This document shows, in pieces, positions 10,316-20,263 of a DNA stretch of 64,000 bases (position 1 is its first letter; each line of letters opens with the position of its first letter). Position numbers and translations under genes: made by a program. This DNA comes from an uncultured delta proteobacterium (lineage in GTDB: Bacteria > Desulfobacterota > Binatia > Binatales > Binataceae), in the NCBI GenBank assembly GCA_963794325.1, contig CAWCDG010000002.1:320001-384000 (forward strand), written 5' to 3'. The notes under the pieces were generated by a model. The model did not search any database. It was not told the DNA's origin and was given only the letters and a program-made list of their open reading frames with translations.

Positions 10316-10745
10316 ATCGAATATCTGGTTCGGCCTCGTAATTGGAATCTCGTGCCTCCTGATTGGTTTTGCCCTCAGCACAATGGCGTACCGGGACCAC
10401 TACCTGCTGGTGCCGGGGTCGGGATTGATCGAGCGAATGAATCTGGAGCTCAACCTGACACCGTCGCAACGCGATCAAATCGGCGACATCCTGCGCGACA
10501 CACGGTTCAAAGTGATGAAGGCGCGGCAGGATTTTGACCACCAACGGCATACCCTGTTCTGGCAGGGTCTCGGCCAGGTTCGCGGCGTGCTGACCCCGGA
10601 TCAGCAGAAGATATTCGATCGCGATTTCACGCATCCATGGGAGCATCACGGGCACCATGGCGATCACGACGAAGACAATGATGATCACCTCCCGCCGGTT
10701 GAAGGCGCGCCTGCTCAGCCGGCGCCTCCCGCGCCACAGAATTAG
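10305..10745 (+). CDS. Periplasmic Spy/CpxP-like helical protein with His/Asp-rich tail
   Basis: N-terminal TM/signal, LNLTPSQ...VLTPDQQ (LTxxQ motifs), tail HPWEHHGHHGDHDEDNDDH. Confidence 0.7.
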   Translation: MPAKSNIWFGLVIGISCLLIGFALSTMAYRDHYLLVPGSGLIERMNLELNLTPSQRDQIGDILRDTRFKVMKARQDFDHQRHTLFWQGLGQVRGVLTPDQQKIFDRDFTHPWEHHGHHGDHDEDNDDHLPPVEGAPAQPAPPAPQN

Positions 10746-10768
10746 TACCTAGTCGAGGGGACCGTCGT

Positions 10769-11695
10769 CTAAGTGAGATGACCGGCTCTCTGCCGCCAAC
10801 GTCTCGAATGGCGAGTCAGCCGATGGCCGTGACGCGCCCGCTGCAGCCTGGTCTGAGCATGCGACGGCGGAACGACCTGAGATCCTGAATTTGTTTCAGT
10901 TAAAGCTGTAGGCACCGTCGCTGGAGATACCGCGACCGGACCGGGAGTTCGAGTAGTAACGGGTCGCGCGTCGGTCGAAGCGATTGCAGTTGACGGCCGC
11001 TGGTCGAGCGAGCTGGCGACGGCCGACGAACTCCCGGCCGAATGCCGGTAGGCGGTGCGCATCGTTCCGATTCCCCATGCGATGCATGGGAGGAGGATTC
11101 CTCCGATCACCGTTGCGGCAGCAACCTGGCGCCATCTCTGAAGAGCCTTGGCATATGCAGTCGGCGCAGGCGTCGCGACAACTTGGTTCTCGGCCTTTTC
11201 GAAGTCGCAGATGAAACGCGAGACTACCTTCTTCTCATCGAGGCCGAGAAAATCCGCGTACCGGCGGAAAAACGGAAGCAGATAGAGTTGATCAGGGATC
11301 GCGTCGTAGCTATCGCTCTCGATCATTTTGACGTAGTAGGCGGGAATGCGCGTCCGATCGGCGACCTGCTCTCGTGAGAGACCCGAATGTTTGCGCGTCT
11401 CGGTCATGAGCTGGCCGAGGGTCTGATCGATTTCGAGGCCCGACCATTCATCTTCGCGCGGCGGCAGTTGCTCTAACGCATCGCTCGGTCCTGGCGGCTT
11501 GCCCAAATCGCCGCGCAGGTTTGTTTCAAAAACAAATGTCGAGGAGGTATCTCGCGGTCCGGGGCGAAACGCGGTTTCCCTGGGCTCATCGCGCACGCGG
11601 TCGGCGTCGGTCAGCCTGACTAGATTGCTTTGGGCGATTTGATCGTTCGAGCCGCTTCCGGAGAAACCGGGGAACGGTTGCTTAACAACGGACAT
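10769..11695 (-). CDS. RodZ-like HTH (XRE/HTH_25) membrane protein
   Basis: LGQLMTETRKHSGLSREQVADRTRIPAYYVKMIESDSYDAIP...FFRRYADFLGLD, then a TM segment and low-complexity tail; GAGGAGG RBS. Confidence 0.75.
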   Translation of the reverse strand: MSVVKQPFPGFSGSGSNDQIAQSNLVRLTDADRVRDEPRETAFRPGPRDTSSTFVFETNLRGDLGKPPGPSDALEQLPPREDEWSGLEIDQTLGQLMTETRKHSGLSREQVADRTRIPAYYVKMIESDSYDAIPDQLYLLPFFRRYADFLGLDEKKVVSRFICDFEKAENQVVATPAPTAYAKALQRWRQVAAATVIGGILLPCIAWGIGTMRTAYRHSAGSSSAVASSLDQRPSTAIASTDARPVTTRTPGPVAVSPATVPTALTETNSGSQVVPPSHAQTRLQRARHGHRLTRHSRRWRQRAGHLT

Positions 11696-12014
11696 CCGAC
11701 CACCTCCTCAACCCGTACAACCGCAACTGCTGCGAGCCCCGTTGCGATCGAGGATCTTGTCATAATTACATACGAACCTGAAGTAGCTAGTTAGAAATTA
11801 GTCAATGACAGGCGACTCCGTGAGTAGCTATTCTCCGAGTAAGTATAACGAACACGAAGATGACGCCGAGAATTCGCAAGAATACGAAAATTTCACGTTC
11901 AACAGCGTGGTAAGTGAGTAAAGCTCGATATGAACCAGCCGCTCGGTCTTGACCGGCCAGGAAGAAAATGACACTCATAGTGTCAATAGATGGATCTTAC
12001 ATTCGGAAATAATC

Positions 12015-13109
12015 GTGCAGCCTGATCGCGATACACGCTATCGCGTGTTCGGGATGAGCCAATCCTATTTCACCCGCAAGCTCACCGGTTATCTCGACTA
12101 CAAGGCAATCCCGTATCTGTTGCGGCGATTCGTGGGCGCGAATCCCGCGGCGCGCGAGGCCGGTTGGCCCGGCGCCATGCCGTTGGTGATGACGCCGGAC
12201 GGCGAATTCATGTGGGATACGACGTCGATGATTCATCACCTCGAGTCGCGCTTTCATGAGCCGCGCGTATTTCCGGCGGATCCTGAGCTGCGGTTTATCG
12301 ACTACATCCTGGAAGATGCGCTTGACGAATGGTTCTATCGGCCCGCCGTCGGATCGCGATGGTTCTATGAGGAAAATCATCGCGTTGGTGGATGGGAGCT
12401 TGCCCGCGACGCCACCCACGAGGTGAAGATGTCCACAGACCAGGCGTACGCGGCAGTTAAGCAGTACGTGACCGCCACTTGCGAACCATTCGGCGTGACG
12501 GGTGCGAACATCGACTCGTGGATCGGCGAAATTCTGCGGCCGTGGTTTCGCGTGACCGGCGTGCATCTCAGTTCGCATCCATATTTCCTCGGCGCGCGTC
12601 CATCGCTCGCGGACTTCGCATTCTTCGGCGGCGACGCCGCCCACTTCATCAACGATCCCCTGTGCCGCCGATGGGTCGACGAGGACGCGCCCGCGATTGT
12701 CACGCACACTCATCGCATCATGGAGCCCGAGGATCAGAAGTTCGGTGAGTGGATGGCGCCGAGCGAAATACCCGAGACGTTGATCGCGATTCTGGCCGAA
12801 CTCGGGCGGTTCTACTTGCCATGGGTGAGCCGCGCGGCGGTGGAGGGGAAAGCAGAGCTGGTATTCGCGAGCGGACACCGGATCGAAATAGCAGTCACCC
12901 CGTTTCTTGCCGAATCGCGCGCGATACTGCTTGCACGCTACGTCGAGTTTCGCAGCGATGCACTGGACGCGATCCTCGATCGCGCGGGAATCCGGTCGTA
13001 CTTTGCGGACTACGTCGATCATGCCGGCAAGTTGCCGAGCTTCGAGACGCCGCCGCGTCCTGCATTGAATCGCCCGTTCGCGCCACCATGGGAAACAGAG
13101 CGGCTGTAA
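12015..13109 (+). CDS. Glutathione S-transferase-like protein (extended GST family)
   Basis: SYFTRKLTGYLDYK, MPLVMTPDG...WDTTSMI, YFLGARPSLADFAFFG; start uncertain. Confidence 0.8.
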   Translation: MQPDRDTRYRVFGMSQSYFTRKLTGYLDYKAIPYLLRRFVGANPAAREAGWPGAMPLVMTPDGEFMWDTTSMIHHLESRFHEPRVFPADPELRFIDYILEDALDEWFYRPAVGSRWFYEENHRVGGWELARDATHEVKMSTDQAYAAVKQYVTATCEPFGVTGANIDSWIGEILRPWFRVTGVHLSSHPYFLGARPSLADFAFFGGDAAHFINDPLCRRWVDEDAPAIVTHTHRIMEPEDQKFGEWMAPSEIPETLIAILAELGRFYLPWVSRAAVEGKAELVFASGHRIEIAVTPFLAESRAILLARYVEFRSDALDAILDRAGIRSYFADYVDHAGKLPSFETPPRPALNRPFAPPWETERL

Positions 13110-13110
13110 G

Positions 13111-13566
13111 ATGAATGACTCCTCGAAATCTACCTGGGTCGGCGACGCACTAGCGTGGAAGGTCGTGGCGCTGATGGGAATCCTGAACGTGTTTCGCGGC
13201 AGCATACACACATTCCTGCCCGACGGTGGCGCGGGCGTCATCGCGGGCTTTGACCTCAGCCATTCGCGCCAGACCATCGTATTTCTGTTCGCGGTGATGG
13301 GTATCGAGCAGCTTTCGCTGGGAGTGGTCGATTTGATCGTCGCGTTTCGCGCACGATGGCTCGCGATACCGTTGCTGTGGTTCCACACGCTGGAGCAGAC
13401 CGCGGCGGAAATGGTTTTCGTGTCGTACAAGCCGGCGCCCGGGCATCCTCCCGGGATGGTCGGCGCGCCGCTGACGCTTGCGATTCTGTGGCTCGCGCTT
13501 GGATGGATTTACTGGCGGCGAGCAGGCGGCGCGCGTCAAACGGCGGCGCCGATTCGAGCGCATTGA
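13111..13566 (+). CDS. Hypothetical membrane protein (about 4 TM)
   Basis: Hydrophobic segments; HTFLPDGGAGVIAG; co-oriented within the operon. Confidence 0.65.
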   Translation: MNDSSKSTWVGDALAWKVVALMGILNVFRGSIHTFLPDGGAGVIAGFDLSHSRQTIVFLFAVMGIEQLSLGVVDLIVAFRARWLAIPLLWFHTLEQTAAEMVFVSYKPAPGHPPGMVGAPLTLAILWLALGWIYWRRAGGARQTAAPIRAH

Positions 13567-13592
13567 CAAAGTCAGAAAGTCGAGAGGCGTCG

Positions 13593-15254
13593 ATGCGAAT
13601 TGGAACGAGGGGAAGGGCCGCAATTGTAGCTGTGATCGTGGTCGCGGCGATCGGCTGGATTCTGTTTCAGCGTTACTGGTACTACCTCCCGGGCATAGTC
13701 GCTAGCATCAGAAATCCGATCGAGGCGAATCATCCTGTGACGTGGGAAAGCGGACCTGCGGTTGCGGCCGCCCCGCCACAGCAGCGTCCGCCGAACGTGG
13801 TCGTTATTCTCGCCGACGACCTCGGCTTCAACGACATCACGGTCAACGGTGGTGGCGTGGCGGACGGCGCCGTGCCGACGCCCAATATCGACGCGATCGC
13901 GCATGAGGGCGTGTCGTTTGCGCAGGGCTACGCCGGCGACGCGACGTGCGCGCCGTCGCGCGCGGCAATCATGACAGGGCGCTTTGCGACGCGTTTTGGT
14001 TTCGAGTTCACGCCGGCGCCGGTGCAATTCGAACGGCTGATTTCGATGTACGACTACGGCCCGCACAAGCCGATATTCCACAAAGAGTTGGTGAGTCACG
14101 AACCGCCGATGGCGGATGAGGCGGTGCCGACGAGCGAAATTACGATCGCGCAACTGCTCAAGACTCGCGACTATCACACGATGTTTTTCGGCAAATGGCA
14201 TCTCGGCGAGACCGACGCAGCGCGGCCTGACCACCGGGGTTTCGACGAGACGCTCGGATTTCTGGCGGGCGCGTCGATGTATCTGCGGGCGAACGATCCC
14301 GCGGTTGAGAACTCGGTCCAGGACTTCGATCCGATCGACAAATTCCTGTGGGCAAACTTGCCGTTCGCCGTGACCCGCAACGGCGGCCATAGATTCTATC
14401 CCTCGGAATACATGACCGATTACCTCGGCGATGAAGCGGTCAAGGCGATCAACGCCAATAAGAACCGCCCGTTTTTGATTTATCTCGCGTTCAATGCGCC
14501 GCATGTTCCGCTGCAGGCGCTGAAATCCGACTACGACGCTCTGCCGCAAATCAGCGATCATCGCCTGCGCGTATATGGCGCGATGATCCGCGCGCTGGAT
14601 CGCAACGTGGGCAACGTAATGTCAGCGCTGAAAAAAAACGGGCTCGACCAGAACACTCTGGTGATCTTCACCAGCGACAATGGTGGCGCGAATTACATCG
14701 GGCTGCCGTATATCAACCGGCCATACCGCGGTTGGAAGGCGACGTTTTTCGAGGGCGGTATTCACGTGCCGTTTTTCATGAGATGGCCGGCGAAAATTGC
14801 GGCTGGTACGAAATACAACTTGCCGATCGCGCACACCGACATTTTCGCGACTGTCGCGGCGGCCGCAGGCGCGCCGTTGCCCGCTGATCGCGTGATGGAC
14901 GGAGTGAATGTGATTCCCTTTGTCACGGGGGCGAGCACCGGAAGTCCACACACTACGCTCTATTGGCGCTCGGGATCGTACAAGACGCTGCTCGACGGTG
15001 AATGGAAGCTGCAGGTCTCGGCGCGGCCGGACAAGATGTGGCTGTTCGATCTGAAGACGGATCCGACGGAGCACAATAATCTCGCGTCGAGCCAGTCCGA
15101 CAAGCTTAAGGAGATGGTGCAGGTACTCGACGCGATCGATCGGCAGCAGGCCAAGCCGTTGTGGCCGTCATTGCTCGAAGGGCCGATCGATATCGATCAT
15201 CCGTTGTCGTTCCCGCAGCATCCCAACGACGAGTACGTCTATTGGTCCAACTAA
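13593..15254 (+). CDS. Cys-type sulfatase (S1 family), membrane-anchored or exported
   Basis: PNVVVILADDLG, CAPSRAAIMTG (CxPxR), FGKWHLG, FTSDNGG, GWKATFFEGGIHVP. Confidence 0.93.
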   Translation: MRIGTRGRAAIVAVIVVAAIGWILFQRYWYYLPGIVASIRNPIEANHPVTWESGPAVAAAPPQQRPPNVVVILADDLGFNDITVNGGGVADGAVPTPNIDAIAHEGVSFAQGYAGDATCAPSRAAIMTGRFATRFGFEFTPAPVQFERLISMYDYGPHKPIFHKELVSHEPPMADEAVPTSEITIAQLLKTRDYHTMFFGKWHLGETDAARPDHRGFDETLGFLAGASMYLRANDPAVENSVQDFDPIDKFLWANLPFAVTRNGGHRFYPSEYMTDYLGDEAVKAINANKNRPFLIYLAFNAPHVPLQALKSDYDALPQISDHRLRVYGAMIRALDRNVGNVMSALKKNGLDQNTLVIFTSDNGGANYIGLPYINRPYRGWKATFFEGGIHVPFFMRWPAKIAAGTKYNLPIAHTDIFATVAAAAGAPLPADRVMDGVNVIPFVTGASTGSPHTTLYWRSGSYKTLLDGEWKLQVSARPDKMWLFDLKTDPTEHNNLASSQSDKLKEMVQVLDAIDRQQAKPLWPSLLEGPIDIDHPLSFPQHPNDEYVYWSN

Positions 15255-15272
15255 TTTAGTGGGAGGTGTGCT

Positions 15273-16178
15273 TTGAAGATATTGAGAACTCCTGATGTGC
15301 GATTTACCGATCTGCCGGATTTTCCATTCGCGCCGCACTACTGCGAAGTGAAAGATTCCGACGGCACTGGGCTGCGAATCCACTATCTCGACGAAGGTCC
15401 GCCGAGTGCGAGTCCCGTCCTGCTGATGCATGGCGAGCCGTCGTGGTCGTTTCTCTATCGCAAGATAGTCATGAACCTGGCGGCGCTCGGGCATCGTGTC
15501 GTCGCGCCGGATCTCGTCGGCTTCGGCCGCTCCGACAAACCTGCCGAACAATCCGATTACACTTTTGAACGGCACGTGCGCTGGATGAGCGACTGGCTGG
15601 CCGCCACGCGGCTCAGCAACATCACGCTCTTCTGCCAGGACTGGGGCGGCCTGATTGGACTGCGGCTGGTGGCGGCATTTCCCGAAAAATTCGCGCGCGT
15701 GATCGTGGCGAACACCGGGCTGCCGACTGGCGAGGGCTTCAGCGCCGCGTTTCAGCAATGGCTGGAATTCAGCCAGAGCATTCCCGTCTTGCCGGTCGGT
15801 CAGATTGTTGGAATGGGATGCAAGCGCGGCTTGAGCGAGGCCGAGAAGGCGGCGTATGACGCGCCGTTTCCTGACGAATCGTTCAAGGCCGGTGCGCGCC
15901 GCTTTCCTGCGCTGGTTCCGATCACGCCGCAACATGGATCGGTCGCCGAAAACAAAGCCGCGTGGAAAGTTTTGGAAAAGTTCACCAAGCCATTTCTAAC
16001 GGCCTTCAGCGATTCGGACCCGGTCACCAAAGGCGGCGATCTGATTTTTCAGAGCCGCGTTCCGGGGGCGAAGGGGCAGAAGCACGTGACAATCAAGGAC
16101 GGCGGCCATTTCCTGCAAGAAGATAAGCCGGACGAAATCGCGGATGTGATCCACGGATTTATCGCGTCGACAAAATAA
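15273..16178 (+). CDS. Haloalkane dehalogenase (HLD-I type)
   Basis: [24 protein letters not shown], nucleophile elbow QDWGG, FSDSD, GHFLQED; TTG start after GGGAGG. Confidence 0.9.
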   Translation: MKILRTPDVRFTDLPDFPFAPHYCEVKDSDGTGLRIHYLDEGPPSASPVLLMHGEPSWSFLYRKIVMNLAALGHRVVAPDLVGFGRSDKPAEQSDYTFERHVRWMSDWLAATRLSNITLFCQDWGGLIGLRLVAAFPEKFARVIVANTGLPTGEGFSAAFQQWLEFSQSIPVLPVGQIVGMGCKRGLSEAEKAAYDAPFPDESFKAGARRFPALVPITPQHGSVAENKAAWKVLEKFTKPFLTAFSDSDPVTKGGDLIFQSRVPGAKGQKHVTIKDGGHFLQEDKPDEIADVIHGFIASTK

Positions 16179-16189
16179 GGGAGAACGGA

Positions 16190-16597
16190 ATGAAGGTTGA
16201 AAATGCAGTTTATCCGGCCGCCGACGGAATCAAGGCACTGGCGCGCGATTCGTCGCCGGGCAAGATCGCGATGCTGAACTTGCTCAAGTTCCGCGCGAAG
16301 GCGGTGTACAAGGACGGGCGGCCCGACGATATCTCGGGCCGCGAGGCATATCAGCGATACTCCAACGCGATGACGAAAATTGTCGAGCGCGAAGGCGGCA
16401 GGATCCTGTTCGCCGGCAGAATCGCAGGCGTGGTGATCGGCGAAATCGAGGGAGTGTGGGACGTCGCCGCGATAATGGAATATCCGTCGCGCGCCGCGTT
16501 CCAGCGAATCGTGACGTTGCCGGAGGTGAATGAAATCAGCGTGCATCGCGAGGCCGGTCTCGAGGGCCAGCTCCTGATCATGACGGAGAGCCTTTAG
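16190..16597 (+). CDS. DUF1330 family (dimeric alpha/beta barrel) protein
   Basis: MLNLLKFR...SGREAYQRY...WDVAAIMEYPSRAAF...HREAGLE. Confidence 0.85.
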   Translation: MKVENAVYPAADGIKALARDSSPGKIAMLNLLKFRAKAVYKDGRPDDISGREAYQRYSNAMTKIVEREGGRILFAGRIAGVVIGEIEGVWDVAAIMEYPSRAAFQRIVTLPEVNEISVHREAGLEGQLLIMTESL

Positions 16598-16611
16598 CAT
16601 CCCGGTTACGA

Positions 16612-17235
16612 ATGGTGCAGGCGCGGACAAAACCTGAAAGCGTCGATGGACGCATAGTCAGGCGGCACAACAATCGGCGCCGGATCGTCGCGGCGATGCT
16701 CGAGCTGGTGCGGGCCGGCGCCATCTCGCCGGGAGCGGAAGAGGTCGCGCAGCGGGCCGGCGTCGGCTTGCGCACGGTGTTCCGTCATTTTGACGATATG
16801 GACAGTTTGTATCGTGAAATGGCCGAGGCGATGCGCAGTGAATTGCAGCCCCTGGTTTCCGCTCCGTTCGGGTCGCTCGATTGGAAGGGCAAGCTCGACG
16901 AGATAGTCGGTCGGCGCTCGCGCCTGTTCGAGCGCGCAATGCCGTTCAAGAACGCGGCCGACGTTCATCGCCATCGTTCCGCTTTTCTGCGCAAGGATTA
17001 CCAGACAATGAGAAGCGCCGAGCGAGCTGCGCTCGAGACCGCGTTGCCGGCCGTGCTCAGAAAGAACAAAGAATTTTTCGAGGCGCTCGACCAGGCGCTA
17101 AGCTTCTCGACCTGGCAGCATCTGCGACGCGATCAGAAACTGACTCAGGAGCAAGCGCGTCAGACGGTGGAGTACACGCTGCATGCGCTGGTCGGCGCGT
17201 CAGGCAAATCGCGTTCGCGCGAGGCTCGCGCTTAG
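16612..17235 (+). CDS. TetR/AcrR family transcriptional regulator
   Basis: RRIVAAMLELV...EEVAQRAGVGLRTVFRHF. Confidence 0.9.
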   Translation: MVQARTKPESVDGRIVRRHNNRRRIVAAMLELVRAGAISPGAEEVAQRAGVGLRTVFRHFDDMDSLYREMAEAMRSELQPLVSAPFGSLDWKGKLDEIVGRRSRLFERAMPFKNAADVHRHRSAFLRKDYQTMRSAERAALETALPAVLRKNKEFFEALDQALSFSTWQHLRRDQKLTQEQARQTVEYTLHALVGASGKSRSREARA

Positions 17236-17236
17236 T

Positions 17237-17779
17237 CTACCAGTGATCGAAATGGACGGCGTCGTTAGTCAGGGCGTTCGGATTCGGGTTTGCGATTAGT
17301 GATTGCGCGGGCGAGGAAGGCGCCGCGTTTGCGGTCACTACATTGTTAGTGCTTGCGACAGCCGAAGGGAGTGCCGGCTCCTCACTTTCACCTTGTTCCG
17401 CAAGAGTCGTCCTGAGCAAGGAAGCTGCTTCGTACGCGTGCGCATCCTTTTGGGGTTTATTGGCCGGATACATTTCGATCGTCGCCGTTTCGACCTTCAT
17501 GCTGTAAGGTTTGTCGTTTGCATCGTTCGGCGTCTCAGTGTGCACCACCACAAAATAACTGTAGCCATCTTGCAGCGTAACTTCCGCGCACCTTCTGAGA
17601 ACGAAGGAATGAAGCGTCTCGGGCGTGGTCATCGCGTTACCGCGAAAAGAAATCTGCGCAGTACTGCCCTGCAAATTTTGAGAATATCCGCCGGAGACTC
17701 CATCGGGCTGATACGCAGTGGCGCAACCGGCAAGCAAACAGGCTGCCGACAGAACAATCAAACTGATCCGCATTCGCAT
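17237..17779 (-). CDS. Lipoprotein (CC0125/CC1285-like)
   Basis: Lipobox LLAGC, ATAYQP...GGYS...FRGN...LRRCAEVTLQDGYSYF; GGAGGAG RBS. Confidence 0.75.
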   Translation of the reverse strand: MRMRISLIVLSAACLLAGCATAYQPDGVSGGYSQNLQGSTAQISFRGNAMTTPETLHSFVLRRCAEVTLQDGYSYFVVVHTETPNDANDKPYSMKVETATIEMYPANKPQKDAHAYEAASLLRTTLAEQGESEEPALPSAVASTNNVVTANAAPSSPAQSLIANPNPNALTNDAVHFDHW

Positions 17780-17893
17780 TAGAGTCTCCTCCGAAGTCGC
17801 CTGCGCCCAGCGTAGCATGACTCCAGGGACGAAACTATAAGTTTAATTTAGCTACAATGAGGATGAGGAGGGCCAATGTGGCGGAGATCCTTT

Positions 17894-18460
17894 TCAAAGC
17901 GCTCCCATCTGCTTGAGAGTTTTCTCCGCCTCCGACGCCACGGTAGGATTCTTCGCGCTGTCGCCGAGAGCAATTTTCAGATATTTCAGCGCATCGTCGC
18001 GCTGGCCGTTCTGCGCCAGTAGTTGTCCGATTCTGAGCGCGGCGAAAGTGTTCTTGGGATCGATTTCGTATGCCTTGCGATAGTAAACCAACGCGTCGTC
18101 GGTCTTCGGCGGCGAAAACGACATGTACGCCTCGCCGATATTCAGATAAGCGCTGACCTGCTTGGGCTGATACTTGACGAGCTTCTGATAAACTTTGACG
18201 ACGTTCGCGAAGTCGGATCGGGAGTTATAGTAGAGGCCGAGATAAACGTAGGCGTCTTCGTCAGCCGGAGCGATGTCGGTAGCCTGCCAGAGCAGCTTTA
18301 CCGCGGCGTCGCTGTCGCTCATTTTGATTGCGGCATCGACCAGCGCCCGGGCCTTGGCTGCATTGGCATCCTGCGCGCGCGCGGAAAAAGGAAATGACGC
18401 AAGCGCGAGCATCAGGAAGGCAACGAGAGTCAGTGGTTTCAGCGCGGTTCGGTCTCGCAT
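17894..18460 (-). CDS. Exported TPR protein
   Basis: Signal peptide ending ARA-Q; TPR motifs AYVYLG, AYLNIG, AALRIG. Confidence 0.85.
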   Translation of the reverse strand: MRDRTALKPLTLVAFLMLALASFPFSARAQDANAAKARALVDAAIKMSDSDAAVKLLWQATDIAPADEDAYVYLGLYYNSRSDFANVVKVYQKLVKYQPKQVSAYLNIGEAYMSFSPPKTDDALVYYRKAYEIDPKNTFAALRIGQLLAQNGQRDDALKYLKIALGDSAKNPTVASEAEKTLKQMGAL

Positions 18461-18602
18461 GGCGTCAGGTCGTGCACAGGATCAGTCTCTAAATGGTGGC
18501 ATGAAAGGGCCGCGATGCAAAGCTATCATCCTGCTGTTCCCACTCAAAAAGGGAGAGGGTCACGGTAGATGTCGCCGGGTGATTCGACATGACCAATGAA
18601 AA

Positions 18603-19439
18603 ATGCGCGAGACCAACGAAATGGTGAAAACCCATCGCTTCATCGCTAATGGACTCACGCTGAATTGCCTCGACTACGGCGGCGACGGCAAGCGGCCGCT
18701 CCTGTTCCTGCACGGCGGATCGGCTCACGCGCATTGGTGGGATTTTGTCGCGCCGGCATTCGTCGAGGATTTTCACGCACTCGCGCTCGATCAACGCGGC
18801 CACGGTGAAAGCGAGTGGGCCGATGAATGGGCATACGGCTCGCGACATTACGTGTCGGATTTGGATCAAGTGATCGGCAATTGGAAATTCGGCGCGCCGA
18901 TTTTAGTTGGGCATTCGATGGGCGCACACAATGTGCTTGCCTACGCTGCCGAGCACAGCGAGAAACTGCGCGCGATCGTCGCGCTCGATCCGCCGCCCGA
19001 CTACACTGAGCGCGCGGTCGAATTCCTGCAGTCGATCGCGGAAAAACCAGCGCGCAGATTCGCCTCGCTCGATGAGGCGGCGCGGAATTTCAAGGTTCTG
19101 CCGCGCGAGACGCTGGCGAAAAAGGAAATCTTCGAACACGTCGCGCGCCGGAGTTTCTGGCAGGACGATGACGGTTCATGGGTGCATAAAATCGATCGGC
19201 GCACGATGATTCGCGAACCATCGCGAGTGTGGAAGTCGTTGCATCGAATCACGTGTCCGGCGCTGATTGTAAAAATCACCAGGAGTCCGCTGCTTGATCT
19301 CGAAATCGCCAGGAAAATGGTCGCGCAATTTCCCAACGCGCGGTTGGCCGAAGTCGATGACTCGTATCATCACGTGATGCTCGACAATCCGTCAGGGCTG
19401 ATTGAAGTAATCCGAAATTTCGTCGGCGAGTTCAAGTGA
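18603..19439 (+). CDS. Alpha/beta fold hydrolase
   Basis: LHGGS, LDQRGHGES, GHSMGA nucleophile, HHVMLD. Confidence 0.9.
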   Translation: MRETNEMVKTHRFIANGLTLNCLDYGGDGKRPLLFLHGGSAHAHWWDFVAPAFVEDFHALALDQRGHGESEWADEWAYGSRHYVSDLDQVIGNWKFGAPILVGHSMGAHNVLAYAAEHSEKLRAIVALDPPPDYTERAVEFLQSIAEKPARRFASLDEAARNFKVLPRETLAKKEIFEHVARRSFWQDDDGSWVHKIDRRTMIREPSRVWKSLHRITCPALIVKITRSPLLDLEIARKMVAQFPNARLAEVDDSYHHVMLDNPSGLIEVIRNFVGEFK

Positions 19440-20263
19440 ATTCTCCGCACAGCCACCTGCTCGACGGCTCCCCGCGGCTCCATTACCTCGAGTGGAATCC
19501 GCACGCATCGCGCACGATCGTCTTGCTGCATGGCAACTCGGCGAATGCGTGGTGGTGGGAGCCTCTCGCCCAACAGATTTCGCCGGAGTATCGGCTGTTG
19601 GCGCTCGATCAGCGCGGGCACGGCGATAGCGAATGGGCGCGTCCCGCTGCTTACTCGCCGACGGACTACGCAAATGACATCGCAAGATTCGTCGAGCATA
19701 TCGCACCCAATGCGGATAAGCCGGTCGTCGTCGGCCACAGCATGGGTGGGCTGAACGTGCTGGCGTTCGCGCGCCAACATCCGGAGAGCGTGCCCGGCGC
19801 GATGGCGATTGACGTCGCAGTCACATCAAGCCGCGGACGCGATCGATATCTGCGCCGCCTGAAGGGGCTGCCAGTGGTGACGTATCCCGATCTAGCGACT
19901 GCGAAAGCACGTTTCCGCCTGATGCCGAATGAAGGTGGAATACCCGACGACGTGCTCCGTGAGATCGCCGAAAAAAGCGTGGCACGCACTGATGAAGGGC
20001 GATGGACGCTCAAGTTCGATCGCGAAAGTTTTCTCGGCGGCGACGGCCTCGAAGTTCTTGAGACGATAAAGGAAATCAGGGTTCCCACGATGCTGGTGCG
20101 CGCCGAGCACAGCCGTATCATGACGGCCGAAGCTGCCGAGAATGCGCGCGCGTCGAATCCGCAGACGAGGCTCGTGACGATAGCCGACGCACACCATCAC
20201 GTGATCCTCGAGAAGCCGGCGGAGGTTGCGCGCGTAATCGAAGAGTTCGCCGCTGGGTTGTAG
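19436..20263 (+). CDS. Alpha/beta fold hydrolase (tandem paralogue)
   Basis: LHGNS, LDQRGHGDS, GHSMGG, HHHVILE; GTGA overlap with the previous gene. Confidence 0.9.
   Translation: MNSPHSHLLDGSPRLHYLEWNPHASRTIVLLHGNSANAWWWEPLAQQISPEYRLLALDQRGHGDSEWARPAAYSPTDYANDIARFVEHIAPNADKPVVVGHSMGGLNVLAFARQHPESVPGAMAIDVAVTSSRGRDRYLRRLKGLPVVTYPDLATAKARFRLMPNEGGIPDDVLREIAEKSVARTDEGRWTLKFDRESFLGGDGLEVLETIKEIRVPTMLVRAEHSRIMTAEAAENARASNPQTRLVTIADAHHHVILEKPAEVARVIEEFAAGL

Noticed and set aside
11997-13430. Long antisense ORFs (e.g. 477 aa here, 399 aa at 26966-28165, 384 aa at 34828-35982)
   Set aside because: These are shadow frames of well-supported genes on the opposite strand in GC-rich DNA, with no recognisable motifs.
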